From the NCBI GenBank assembly GCA_000004985.1, contig GG738850.1: 64,000 nt of DNA; one strand, 5' to 3'. This document shows, in pieces, positions 33,007-44,603 of this stretch (position 1 is its first letter; the number at the start of each line of letters is the position of its first letter). The notes below the pieces were generated by a model. The model saw only the letters and a list, made by a program, of their open reading frames with translations. It was not told the origin of the DNA and did not search any database. A program made the translations under genes and the position numbers. The DNA comes from Naegleria gruberi. Taxonomy: Eukaryota.

Positions 33007-33705
33007 ATGACTGCCGGCAAAAATAAGAGAGTTGTCAAGGGTAAGAAGACTAAGAAGATTACCGATCCATTCGCCAAGAAGGAATGGTTCGACGTCTTTG
33101 CTCCTCACCCATTCAACAAGAAGAAGACTGAACCATTCACCAAGACCCCAATCAATAAAACCGCTGGTACTAAAATCTCCACTGAAGCTTTGAAGGGAAG
33201 AGTCTTCGAAATCTCTGCTGCTGATTTGTTGAATGAAGAAGAACAACAACATCAACTCATCAGATTGGCTGTCGGTGATGCCAAGAGTGAAAATAAGAAG
33301 GCTTTGACTGTCTTCAACGGTTTGAGATTCACTGTTGATAAGCTCAGATCTTTGGTCAAGAAGTGGCACACACTCATTACCACCAGAATTAACGTTAAGA
33401 CTGCTGATGGTTTCCAAATGAGAGTTTTCGCTTTAGGTATTACCAAGAGAAGACAATTGCAAACTCACAAGAGAACTTATGCTTACAAGTCTCAAGTCAT
33501 GAGAATCACTGCCAGAATGAAGGATGCTATCAACAAGAAGGCTACTGCTTCTCCAGTCAATGAATTCGTTGAAAAGGTCGTTACTGGTCAATTGGGTAAG
33601 GAAATTGAAAAGTCCTGTGCTTCTATCTTCCCAATGAAGGACGTCTGTATCTGCAAGATTAAGGTCACCAAGACACCAAAGGATCTCGCTTCCGCTCTCC
33701 ACTAA
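33007..33705 (+). CDS. RPS3A: 40S ribosomal protein eS1 (S3a)
   Basis: MTAGKNKRVVKGKKTKKITDPFAKKEWFDVFAPHPF...GRVFEISAADL...VKKWHTLI...IFPMKDVCICKIKV aligns along its length with human RPS3A and yeast Rps1. 232 aa, ending ...PKDLASALH, shorter than orthologues at the C-terminus. Confidence 0.95.
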   Translation: MTAGKNKRVVKGKKTKKITDPFAKKEWFDVFAPHPFNKKKTEPFTKTPINKTAGTKISTEALKGRVFEISAADLLNEEEQQHQLIRLAVGDAKSENKKALTVFNGLRFTVDKLRSLVKKWHTLITTRINVKTADGFQMRVFALGITKRRQLQTHKRTYAYKSQVMRITARMKDAINKKATASPVNEFVEKVVTGQLGKEIEKSCASIFPMKDVCICKIKVTKTPKDLASALH

Positions 33706-34113
33706 ATAAATTAAATCCCAAAAAATTAAAATTCATTTAAAAATTCAAAATTTTATCTTTTTACAAGATTTTTAATTCTTGTAATCCATAAATATCTATA
33801 AGTTCATAAAGATCTCTCGTATGACTCTATTCCTGATATCAAGACTGATATTTTACTTTAAAGTAAAAGTTGAAACACAAAATTGAAACTCAATTGAGAG
33901 AGATGTAATGATGTGATGTTGGTTGAAGTAGAGATTGAGTTTGACTTTATTTACTTCCATCATCAACACACCACATCACAATGTTATTGAGGGCATTGCC
34001 CAAAAATTGAGAACCGGACTAGGTTTAAGTGGTACACCAGAAAAAAACTACAGCCGTTTGTGTCTTCTATTAAAAAAATATAATAACGTACTGGACTGGA
34101 AATTGAGTCGAAT

Positions 34114-36994
34114 ATGGGCTGTGGCACATTTTCCAAAAATTTGGTAGAGGACAGGCACACCCCAATAATTAGTAACAAAAAGTCATCATCAACGGCGGAT
34201 ATTCCACCAACAACAACAACAAATAATCCTTCAGAAACATCAGGTTCAGTCGATATATCGAATAGAAGAGTGTCCAAACAATCTTCAGTGAGAGCAAGTA
34301 AGGCTTCTACACTAGCCGAACAACTTTCTTCTCAGCAACAACATCAATCACACCAAGAAGAAGAATATTCTTTCGCGGACCACCAAGAAGAGGCTTATGC
34401 TTTTATTCCGTGGCCAGAAGATATAATGATCAGTCTCGCTACTAAGGGATCTAAATTTGAATTAAGAGAAGTATCACTTCTTCTACCATCGGATGAATTA
34501 AATCAAAAACCTCTTCTTAAATATGTAAAGGATAAGAGAAATAATTGTCAACAAAATATAATAGATTGCATGTATACAATCATGAGTAGGGTTCTAAACT
34601 TTGGAACCAATTTACCTTTTCCTGTAAATACTGAAAACCAATTTGATCTTGCCGTTGATTTCATTGCTAATGGCTGTCCAATTGGAAAACAACAATTTAC
34701 CTTCTTTTCTCATAAAGAAATCCTCCTACACAGAAGTGCGTTCTTCAAAGGAGAGTTATCAAAAGATAACGGAGCAGTAGATTCACTAAAAAGAACCCTT
34801 AGTAGTGCTCATGACCTTAGAAAATCGATGGTAAAGGCAGAATTCGCTGATAGAAGAAACACAGCAGGTGATCCATCACAGCTAAAACGAACGTCGAGTC
34901 ATATAACATCTCAAGGTCCTAGATCGAGTCTACCTCCAATGCCCTTACAAAAACGACCTTTTAATACAACAAGCTCTTCCAACCTCCTTCAGGGTATGGG
35001 TGATCTAAGCAAATCTGGATCTTCATCTTCGATAACAAGCGTTGAAGAGGGAGGTAATTCAGAGAAGGAAGAATTATTCTCCTCACAAGGTAGTTTATCA
35101 ACACTTTTACTAACAGAAGATTCTAGGAAAAAAGGACAACGAAAGCCAAACAACCAAAATTTAGCAGTCTCCATTTCTAAGCAAACAAAAGCAAATCTAC
35201 AGCCAAGTAGGTTAGAGGTTGCAATATCTCCTCTTGTAAAAGATCCAGAGATTTTGTTGTTAGTTTTTGAAAATATTTACTCTGGCTATTTCCGACCTGA
35301 ATACGTTCAAAAGATGAAATCTTTGGATATTGAAAGTTTAATTCAGATATTAGCACTAGGTTACCAATTTAAAGTTCATTCATTGAGAGCAGTTTCAAAA
35401 AGTTTAATCAGTCAGTTTTTGTGTACCCACAAGGATAAGTACACATCTTTGGAGGAGCTCATCAATGGAACTTGCAAGAATATAACTGTTGAGGATATTC
35501 AAAAAAACAATATGAGTATAGTTTTAGAATTGAAGAAAATTTTCATGGACTCTAAGAGTAAGTAATTAATCTAGAGAATTTCTAACATGCATTTTAATAG
35601 AATCATTACAAGAAAATTTCATTTCTCTATCACAAGAAAAAAGAACATTCCTTAAGGATCTAGATTTTATGTTTGTACATAGTAATATGAAGAAGAACCA
35701 TATGGACTTCAGTGACATGAAGTTAACAATACAGGTTGAAGAAAAAAAGGAAGAAGAGGAAAAAGAAGATGAATCCCCCAAGAGGTCGTCGTCTTTCAGG
35801 GATACTTATGAAGAAGATGTTCAACCACTAATAAGTCAAAGAAAGAAGAGGACGAGCAAACTTCAGGACAGTGTCGATAAGAGTCAAACTAAGAAAATAT
35901 TTATTCACAACTTTATACTGAAATCAAGAACAGATATTACAAATCCTGAAATATTTAATCTATACAGCACAAATGTTGATGTTGTGAAGACTTTTATTCA
36001 TTACCTGTATACAGATACTATACACAGTGATACATACAATGTGAGTAAGAAGAAGATAATACCTCTTGCTGCTTTGTTCAAGATTGATAGACTGAAATAT
36101 GAATGTTTGGCTCATGCTATTTTCAATTTATCGGATGAAAACATTCTCAGGAAGTTTAAGAAAGCTCAAGATGCTAAGGAGACTGTTCTTGCCCAAGCAA
36201 TTTTCTACACAATGTCACACATGTATCCTAAACTAGTCCAAAAGAACTATGAGGAAGGAACGCCAGAATATAATATTCTCTTCTCAATAGATGAAAAGCT
36301 TAGGCATTTATATCAGAGAATGAGTGGGCAATTCCTTATTAGAAGAAGAATATTTACAGAAAGTAGGTTGGCGGAGATAATACCGAGAGCTGATGTTTCT
36401 AAACTTTCTCCTTCTCAAAAATCTCCAAACCACAAGATTAATGTTCAAATATGTGGCCTTCACGGCTCTGGTCTTAGTACCTTCGTAAATCAAGCCAAAC
36501 CTCTCATCTCTGAACTTCATTCATTTGAAGGAGTTGACAATATTGAACTCAATATTTCTTCCATGTACATATCAGACAGACCATTTACTGCAAATTCTTT
36601 AAAGTCAACAGACGGTGTAATTTTTATATTTTCCATTGATTCAGTAGATTCCTACCAAACAATGAGAGCTAAGTATGACGACTTTAGATTCTATTCCAAA
36701 GTTCCAGCTGTAATAATAGGAAACAAATGCGATTTGATACTTTGTAATTTTGAAACAGAGGACAAGATTGTTGATTCAGACAGAATAGTGAAAGAAGTAA
36801 CTGAAGATATGGCTTGCCCATATCTTGAAATGTCTTCTAAAAATTCAAGTGATGTTAAAAGATCGCTTGAGGAATGCATAAGAGAAGTGTTGTTTTATAG
36901 ACATATCACTTCAAAGATACCAAGTCATTTCTTAAATACTATTGCTAGGGATCAACAAGGATTGGAATCATCAAGTAACATTTCAGAGGAATAA
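34114..36994 (+). CDS. N-myristoylatable BTB - BTB - Ras-like GTPase fusion protein, modelled as 2 exons (34114..35557, 35601..36994); alternatively two adjacent genes
   Basis: First ORF: MGCGTF (Gly2/Cys3), BTB elements FTFFSHKEILLHRSAFFKGEL ... LLLVFENIYSGYF ... LALGYQFKVHSLRAVSKSL. Its TAA stop (35563-65) overlaps a GTAAGT donor (35558-63); a branch-like ttctaac follows, then an AG at 35599/600 that rejoins the second ORF in frame (43-nt intron). Second part: acidic linker, second BTB (FIHNFILKS...FIHYLYTDTI...LAALFKIDRLKYECL), then a small-GTPase domain (GLHGSGLST degenerate P-loop, IGNKCDL = NKxD). Only about 100 bp separate the two ORFs, too little for an independent promoter. Confidence 0.6.
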
Positions 36995-37049
36995 TAAATA
37001 TCAAATATTCCATTACGCTTTACAATTGCTTTTAGAAACATGAAAAAAA

Positions 37050-38643
37050 ATGTATCCAAATAGAATGCTGGGGTTTACTTTCCCTAATTTTCCTCTCTTT
37101 CCACCAAGTAAAAATACAACACCACAACGGAATGATTTCAACGATTTATCAATTCTATGTGTTGCAAAAGAAGAACAGAAATCAATAACTGGTACGATCG
37201 ATGATTCGTCTTCTTCCTGTTCCGATCGCATCACAAAGAAACAAACAACAAAAAGAAAGAGATTATTTTGCAAGGAAAGTTACATTACATGTCAAGTAGG
37301 TTTTAAAGAAGATAGTTTCTAATCTAGATTCGGAATAGAGCAACTCTCAATTATATTCAACAATACAAGTTGTGGAGGAGGAAAATATTCTAATTCAACT
37401 GAACAAAATTCTTGATGCCTCCAATGACGAGCAATATTTTGGAATAACAATACTAGGAAACAAATATAATGTTAAAAAGACATCACATTTATACAGATTA
37501 AGATCCAAATTGGAGGTGAGGAGAAGGAAAAGATTAATAGGAGACTCTTTGGAGTTGTTTGATCTTGATCATATTTTACAACAAGTATCACTTCATTCAC
37601 AAAATAATCATTTCAAGCATCACGTTGTGAATAGCGATAGTATTCCTTATGTATTAAAATCTAAAATTCCAGTGATTGATAATTTTTCAAAATCAGAGAA
37701 TGAAATCAAGAAGGAATCAAAACCAGTTCCAATTCTTCCCAAGAAAATACTCCCTAAACCTATTGTAAATCAAAAGCCATCCCCAAAAAAAGGAAATACT
37801 CAAACTCAACAATCACTAGGACTGCCATTTATTGGTGGATATAATAATATCTCATTGCATTCTCCACTCATGTTTTTAACAACATCAAGAGAACTTCCAA
37901 TTACTTCACAAGTTATGCAACCACCCCCAACAAATATTCCTTTCAAAAACACATTTAATACGGACATTCAAATTACAACTCAAGCTTCTTCAAACAATGA
38001 AAAGTCAAAGAGACAAAAGATTGAAACAATAATTCCATTCAGTCAAAAATTACTAGGTTCAACAAAAATTACTGATATACTTTCGACGCATGATATTAGC
38101 TCATGTAATCTTGTAAAGTTATTCAAGGATATCACAAAACACAAGCAGAACATTATTTCTAACATACAATTGTGTAGAATCAAACCAACATTGTTGAAAC
38201 AAATTAATTCGCTCCTACAAAGATGTTTTTGGCCCAACATTGATGTAGAGAAATATCTCGAGCAACCAGATAGAACTATTGTAGCCATGTACAATCATTT
38301 GGTTGTTGGATTCGGAGTTGTGACAAGTGAAGGATATATTCATTACTTGGTTGTTATGCCACAGTTTAGAAATTATGGAATAGGTTCATTACTAATTGAA
38401 CAATTATTGAAATGCAACAGATCTTCTGAATTCACAATTCATATTCCACTGGAAGACAAGAAAACTATTTCATTTATGAAGAAAAGGTTTGGATTTAATT
38501 CTAAAGCTGTACATTGTGATTTCTTTAAAAGTTTGGTAGAATCTCCCAATAATAATATTTCTCTAACACAATATCAAACTAATATTACAGATTTCTTTAA
38601 AGAGAAATCTAGTGATGCATTATTAATGGTACGATCTAATTAA
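37050..38643 (+). CDS. GNAT-family N-acetyltransferase with a long N-terminal region, 2 exons (37050..37295, 37339..38643), about 517 aa
   Basis: C-terminal GNAT motif A: HLVVGFGVVTSEGYIHYLVVMPQFRNYGIGSLLIEQLL. The second ORF has no ATG (track start is GTG) but is open upstream to an AG at 37337/38. The first ORF ends at a GTAGGT donor (37296), leaving a 43-nt intron with a ctaat branch, in frame as ...SYITCQ|SNLQLYSTIQVVEEEN.... Confidence 0.65.
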
Positions 38644-38644
38644 A

Positions 38645-39007
38645 TTATGGTGTAGTTTTTTGATGTTTTTCAATATTATTTACAATATATTTAATATCAT
38701 TGTTGATGTGGTTGGCCCAATTTTCAACATCTCCCAATTCCTTTACACATTGATTTAACTGTTGGAAAGTTTGAATCCATTGTGTTGTTTGTTTGTTGAA
38801 TTTTTCTACTTGGGCATGAAGATGTTTGGCTTCATTTTCGATCATTTGTTGATTTTGAAAAACTTTGATGACATCACTATTTGTTTGATCGATCAATTCA
38901 TGACTGACCGATTGCAGACTATCCTTGGCTTTGTGCCTCCTCTTGTCATTTTCCTCTCGGACCTTTTGTTGGCGTTGATTGTGTTCCTTGATGAGATGTG
39001 ATAACAT
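38645..39007 (-). CDS. BLOC1S1: BLOC-1 subunit 1 (BLOS1 / GCN5L1) orthologue
   Basis: MLSHLIKEHNQRQ... / ...QWIQTFQQLNQCVKELGDVENWANHINNDI matches human BLOC1S1 (MLSRLLKEH... [26 protein letters not shown]) over the full 120-aa length. Confidence 0.9.
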   Translation of the reverse strand: MLSHLIKEHNQRQQKVREENDKRRHKAKDSLQSVSHELIDQTNSDVIKVFQNQQMIENEAKHLHAQVEKFNKQTTQWIQTFQQLNQCVKELGDVENWANHINNDIKYIVNNIEKHQKTTP

Positions 39008-39101
39008 TTTTTAATATTTTAAATAAAATCTTTTCGGAATAAAACAACACTACGAATAATTAAACAAAAAATTATTGTGAATGAAAATAATTTAGTTTAA
39101 T

Positions 39102-41500
39102 TTACACATCTGGGATTGTTTGATACAAGGCATCTATTTCGTTTTTGAAAACTTCTTTCAACTTTGGTCGGATAATCTTCATGGTTGGTGTTGTAACTCC
39201 GTATTGTTCAAATTCCTTTGGCAAAAGTTTAAGGCCACGAATAATTTCAAAACCTTTAAGCTTGGCTTGCTTGGCGACTGCGACAATATCAGCAAGTACT
39301 GCCTTAACAATATCTGGATCTTCACACAACTCTTCAATCTTATCAGCCAATTGTTCCTTACCATTATCTTTGGCATATTGTTGCAAAACTGAAATATTAG
39401 CAACAGCAAAACCTATAACACAGCTCTTGAATGAATCTCCATAAACCCAAATGCCAGTAATAAACTTAGATTGACTTAATTTTTGTTCAATATTTTCAGC
39501 AGCAATATATTCACCTTGACTCAATTTGAAAATATTCTTCTTTCTGTCAATAATTGAAATTGTACCATTTTCATTTTCCTTTCCAATGTCACCTGTATGG
39601 AACCATCCTTCAGCATCCCAAGCTTCCTTAGTCTTTTCTTCATCCTTATAATATCCCATTGAGACTGATGGACCACGTACACAAATTTCACCAGACTTAT
39701 TTAGTTCCATACTATAGTTCATTTCAGGCACATCATCCAATTTAACTTCAACTGATGGGACAACACAACCAATATGACTTTCAGAATAGTCATAAGGAAG
39801 TTGAATCAATGCAGCAGCACATGTTTCCTGAAAATTAGTTAGATTAAACAACATTCACAAAAACTTACAGTAAGACCATAACCTTGGACCAAACTACATC
39901 CGAAAATGACTCTCATGTATTGTTGAACTTCAGGACGGATTGGTGCACCACCTGAAAGACAAAATCTGATACGTCCACCAAAGTTCTTTCTGATAACACC
40001 CAAAACAACATCTGAGATTGGAGTAGATTTACCAGAGAGCATACCTTCTTCCTTAGATTTAATGGCCTTACTAATGGCCCATTGCTTTAATTTACCTTCC
40101 TTTGAGATCTTTTCTTTAATACCATCATATAATTTATCAAGAACTCTTGGTACAGCAGGGAAAGCAGTTGGTTTCAAAGCAATCAAATCATCCTTCAAAT
40201 TCTTAATATTACCTTCCCAGAAACCAATACTAGCACCTGCTTGCAAAAAGACAATTTCAACCATACGCTCCAAAATGTGTGCAAGTGGTAAATATGAAAC
40301 AACTTTCAAAAAATGTATCAATTCCAAAATCTACTATACTTACCACAATCATTTTCATTCAAATCAATAATATTGTGGGCAATACCAGCACTAGCAGCAA
40401 TAAAGTTCAAATGGGTAATGACAACACCCTTTGGCATACCAGTGGTTCCTGATGTGTAATTCAAACAAGCAATACTTTGAGGAGTTGGTGGAACATCTTC
40501 AATTGGGTTTTGTTTACCGAGTTCCATAACTTCATTTAAGGTGTATGACTTGATGTTAATCTTTTCCAAAGTTGATTTTTGTTCTTCAGTGATAGCATCA
40601 AAACAGATGACTGATTTAAGGTATTCAGCCTTTGGTGCCAATTTGATGACACTACCAAGGGTTTCTCCAGAACAACAAACTGAAACAACTTCACCATGAT
40701 TCATAATGAAATTTGATGATTCTTCTCCGAGAGTGTCATAGAGAGCAAGACTGACAAGAGATTGCTTATTGCAAGCCTCAACTGAAATTTGCCATTCTCT
40801 TCTATTCTTACTGTAAATAGCAATATGTTGGTTTGGGGAAATACCAATATGTCTCAAACCACAAGCAAGATTTCTGGACATATCATCAACTTCTTTAAAT
40901 GTAATGAATTCATATTCCATTAATAATTTAGATGAATCTGTTGGGTCTCTCATTCTTCTACCCAAGCAAGGTCTATCTGCGAATTTTTCAACACACTTTT
41001 TGAATGAATCATACAATGTGGAAATGTCCTCATATTTCTTAATAATCAAGGCATCTTGGTGGCCATTCTTTCTCTTGATACGAGGATCAGATCCACCAGA
41101 GACAGTTTGATTAGCTACTGGAGGATATGATTTAGATGAAGATGTAGTTGTTTTAATTCCCTTCAATTCCGGAACAAGGAATAAAGAAGCATCGGTCTTT
41201 GGTTCACTCTTTGGAACAGCCTCTACTGGTGGTTCCTCTTCCTTTGGTGGGGTTGTAATTTCTTCAACAAAATTATTAATATCCTTGTTTTCTTGATCTT
41301 TTTTTCTTTTAACCTTTTTCAATTATTAACAATAAAAACTCACCTTCAACTGTTGAAATATTTTCCTCTGTTTTCAAAGTTTCTGTGGTTGCCACTTCTT
41401 CAGTAGTAGTGGTACTACTTTCAATCTTTTCTTCTTGTTGCTTTTGTTCTTGTTCCTCCGTAACAGCAAGGGAATCGGCAAATGCTGAAAAATCACTCAT
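39102..41500 (-). CDS. Long-chain acyl-CoA synthetase (fatty-acid CoA ligase, AMP-binding superfamily), 4 exons: 41344..41500, 40344..41297, 39869..40236, 39102..39827 (about 734 aa)
   Basis: AMP-binding motif I YTSGTTGMPKGVVITH. ACSL linker CGASIGFWEGNIKNLKDDLIALKPTAFPAVPRVL is split by a 107-nt intron and re-formed in frame. Motif II GYGLT|ETCAA is re-formed across a 41-nt intron (GTAAGT...tctaactaattttcag). C-terminal GEICVRGPSV..GY..WFHTGDIG...IIDRKKNIFKLSQGEYIA. The first intron (42 or 48 nt) has two equally in-frame acceptors. Confidence 0.88.
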
Positions 41501-42084
41501 TTTTTTTTGATTTTAATGTTTGGTTGGGCAGGGGTTGGTGTGCCATTCAAAAGATTTGCTTCGGATTAATGCTCAAACAGCACACTCCACTTCTTGTGTT
41601 GTGGAGGATTAAGAGAGTCACATTAAAGAATCTTTAACAACTGTGTATATCCTGCAAAAAAATAAAATTTAGTAAATGAGGTGGATATTTTGAAGGTTCA
41701 ATGGTTGTAGGTTAGGAAAATTTTGCTTGTTTACAAAGAGTTGGAACTTGAGTGTTCTGCATATTGAGGTAAATGGTTGTATAAACTATTCAAATTATCA
41801 TTGTGACTATTGAGTCGAATTAAGGTGAATGTACCATTCGAGGGATTTCATATTTGAGATAATAAGGACAATATTGAGCGGCAATTTGTTGGCTTTTGGT
41901 TATTTTTTCTACGATCTATTGGTGCGACGTCGATTTTTTGTCCTTCGCACAAATGATTCACTTAAACAAGACATAAGTATTTATTGTAAAGTATTATCTT
42001 TGCTTGAATAATCTACAGTTTATTAATCACACTAGAATTGAATCCAATTCTTAGTTGGAGGTATGGTCAATCAAGTTATACAAT

Positions 42085-43091
42085 TTACCAACAACATCCA
42101 CTACCTCCTTCACTTTCGTTTGGTTCACTAGTTGAAATATTTACATTATCAGTTGGCTTATTTCTGACTGGTTCAGTACTTTCGAGAAGATTAGTTGTGT
42201 TGAGTATTTGATAGACAACTTCCTCAAATGCCTTATCAACATTTTCTTTTGTTTTGGCTGATGTTTCAATATAGACCATATTATTGGATTTGGCAAAGTT
42301 TTGAGCGTCTTGGAGTGAAACTTTTCTTTCTTCCTTCAAATCAATCTTGTTTCCAATCAATAATTTTACACATTCCTCAAATGTTGAATATAAATCACAT
42401 TCCTTAAGCCAATTCTTAATATTATTAAATGTTTCCTCTCTAGTAACATCATAAACAAGAATTATTCCATGAGCATTTCCTAAATATTTTGATTAAAATA
42501 TAAATCTCAAAATACATACTATAATAACTTGATGTAAGAGTTCCTTAAATTTTGTTAGAATTGATCAGTGAATTTTGGAAGCAAACTTACTAAATCTCTC
42601 TTGACCTAATTCAATTCTTTAGAGAATTCTGTTTCTTATTTATACACTTACCTGCAGTATCAAATATCTTTATCAATTATTTAGAAAAATTCAAATCTAT
42701 TATTTTACCTACAGTCAATTTTACTTTCTTCCTATTTACATTCATAAATTTAACCTTGCTATTTATAAAATCGTCATCATCATATTAAATCCAAATTCAA
42801 TAATTATTCATTAAAAACATACAAATCCACACCAATTGTTGGCGACATTTGTTCTTTAAACTCATCCTCAGTAAATTGTGTAATAATACTACTCTATCGG
42901 AATTAATTATCTTCATCAATCTTTAAAAAAACAAACCTTTCCTGTGGCACTATCACCAACAAGCTATTAAATCCCGAACCGAACCAAACCAAAATAATCG
43001 ATTCATCATCATCATCGTCGTTGCAAATACTCTAATAAATTGGAAAACTCACCACAAGTTTGAAATTATGATCAAAAGCCTTTGAAGTCAT
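42085..43091 (-). CDS. Rab-family small GTPase, about 8 exons separated by 39-47-nt introns, about 205 aa
   Basis: Assembled translation: MTSKAFDHNFKLV|LVGDSATGK|SSIITQFTEDEFKEQMSPTIGVDF|FKVKFMNVNRKKVKLT|IFDTAG|QERF|RTLTSSYYR|NAHGIILVYDVTREETFNNIKNWLKECDLYSTFEECVKLLIGNKIDL...ETSAK...GGSGCCW. G1 to G5 are all present and the C-terminus has a CCX prenylation motif. Every junction has a GT(A/G)AGT-type donor and an AG, several with a ctaac branch. Exact exon coordinates are +-2 nt. Confidence 0.85.
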
Positions 43092-43240
43092 TTTTTTATT
43101 TTTAGATTTCTATTAAGAAACACGTTTGCAGTTTTTGTTTGAAAGTTCTTCCCAGTGTCCAAACAATCAATTGAATAATATTGAAAAGAAATTGAAGAAT
43201 TGAATCGATAGCAATGGTTTATTTACAAAATTTAAAAAAA

Positions 43241-44311
43241 TCAATTCAAATTGCAACCAATTGCCTTGTTTGTTTGCACCTTAATTGAATGTAAAATTGG
43301 AGTTAATTTGGCAGTTAACTTGGATGGAACCTTTCCATTGGCCTTTTTTGATTCATCCATCAATAATACCAAGTCAACTGGAATTGCAACTATTGGAATG
43401 GCACTTTTAATCATCAATCCTGTTAAACTCATAATACCTGTGTGGCCATTAGTCAATCCATCAGATTTATCCAAATCTTGATGCTTGTGGCCTGTCAGAG
43501 ATTCAACAAATTGAAGAACGTTGACATTTCTATTACCAATTTTCATAACTCTACTATCAATGTATGGATCAGTCAACCTTTGTTCATAAATCTTTCTAAT
43601 CATTGCATTTACTGCTTGAGTATCCCTTTGTAAGAGTTCTTGAATGGACTTGGCTGATTTCTTGGCATGTTTCCATTCAGCAATTGATGCAGCAACTGTT
43701 GCTGTTGTTCCCACACCAACACAACCAATACCAGCACCTGAGGCAATTAATGAAACACCAAAAGTGAAAGGAGCAGCTACGATACCACCAAGAATCAAGG
43801 AAGCTCCAACAATATTGGTTTTTGTACCTTTCACTTTGGTCTTTGCTGTACTTTGTTGTTTCTTTTCTAATGATTGGATTAAATTGTCCAGCATTTTAAT
43901 GATTTCCAATCGTTGGACAAGCCACTCATTTGCAGATTGTTCAATGACAGCAAATCCACAATTTGGATTATCAAAATTGGTACTTTCAAATGTTGGGGTT
44001 TGAGGAAGAATTACATTGGTCTGGAAATTTGTTTGTTGACCACCTTTTTCATAGCTACTATTACTGGTTGTGGATTGAATTGGTTTAAAGTTATTGGTTA
44101 GTTGTAATGGTTGGGGAGTTATTGGTTGTTGTACAAATTGAGGATTAGAAGTGATAACTGGAAAATATTGAGCGTTTGGTTGTGGATACATGTATTGAGG
44201 AGGATTAGGTGGGTAAAGTTGATATTCTGGTGGTTGATAATTCACTCCAGGTTCTGTAATGTTTGGTTGAGTAGAGAAATGTGGATATTGAGGAGAAACT
44301 TGTTGATGCAT
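43241..44311 (-). CDS. Hypothetical membrane protein: P/Q/Y-rich N-terminus with a PPxY motif, central glycine-zipper hydrophobic hairpin, helical C-terminal domain (356 aa)
   Basis: N-terminus HQQVSPQYPHFSTQP...YQLYPPNPPQYMYPQP contains PPQY. The core IVGASLILGGIVAAPFTFGVSLIASGAGIGCVGVGTTATVAASIA is a GxxxG-rich hairpin. Confidence 0.55.
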   Translation of the reverse strand: MHQQVSPQYPHFSTQPNITEPGVNYQPPEYQLYPPNPPQYMYPQPNAQYFPVITSNPQFVQQPITPQPLQLTNNFKPIQSTTSNSSYEKGGQQTNFQTNVILPQTPTFESTNFDNPNCGFAVIEQSANEWLVQRLEIIKMLDNLIQSLEKKQQSTAKTKVKGTKTNIVGASLILGGIVAAPFTFGVSLIASGAGIGCVGVGTTATVAASIAEWKHAKKSAKSIQELLQRDTQAVNAMIRKIYEQRLTDPYIDSRVMKIGNRNVNVLQFVESLTGHKHQDLDKSDGLTNGHTGIMSLTGLMIKSAIPIVAIPVDLVLLMDESKKANGKVPSKLTAKLTPILHSIKVQTNKAIGCNLN

Positions 44312-44603
44312 TTTGTTTAAATTGTATTGAATAGAAAATAGATCATGAGTTTCTGATTTATTCTTTTCCTCAATTCCTTGTTTTGTTTCGAATTGAGGTA
44401 CACCAATGTCAAATCTATAATTCGAAACCCGACTTCAATTTAGAAGGTTGACTCTCGATTTCAAGGAGAAATAAATTTGAGCGCAAAACAACGACAGCCG
44501 ATATCTCTTTCTAAAACTGCGAACTTCAAATTGTCCACATTTGACTTGCAAGAATCAAATATTGTTTCATCAATGAATGCATGATCATTGCAATTCAGTT
44601 TTA

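Noticed and set aside
34114-36994. Treating 34114..35565 and 35669..36994 as two independent genes
   Set aside because: Considered, but only about 100 bp separate them, the stop codon is embedded in a consensus GTAAGT donor with a CTAAC branch and an in-frame AG 43 nt later, and the second ORF's frame is open back to that acceptor. The two-gene alternative is kept in the feature evidence.
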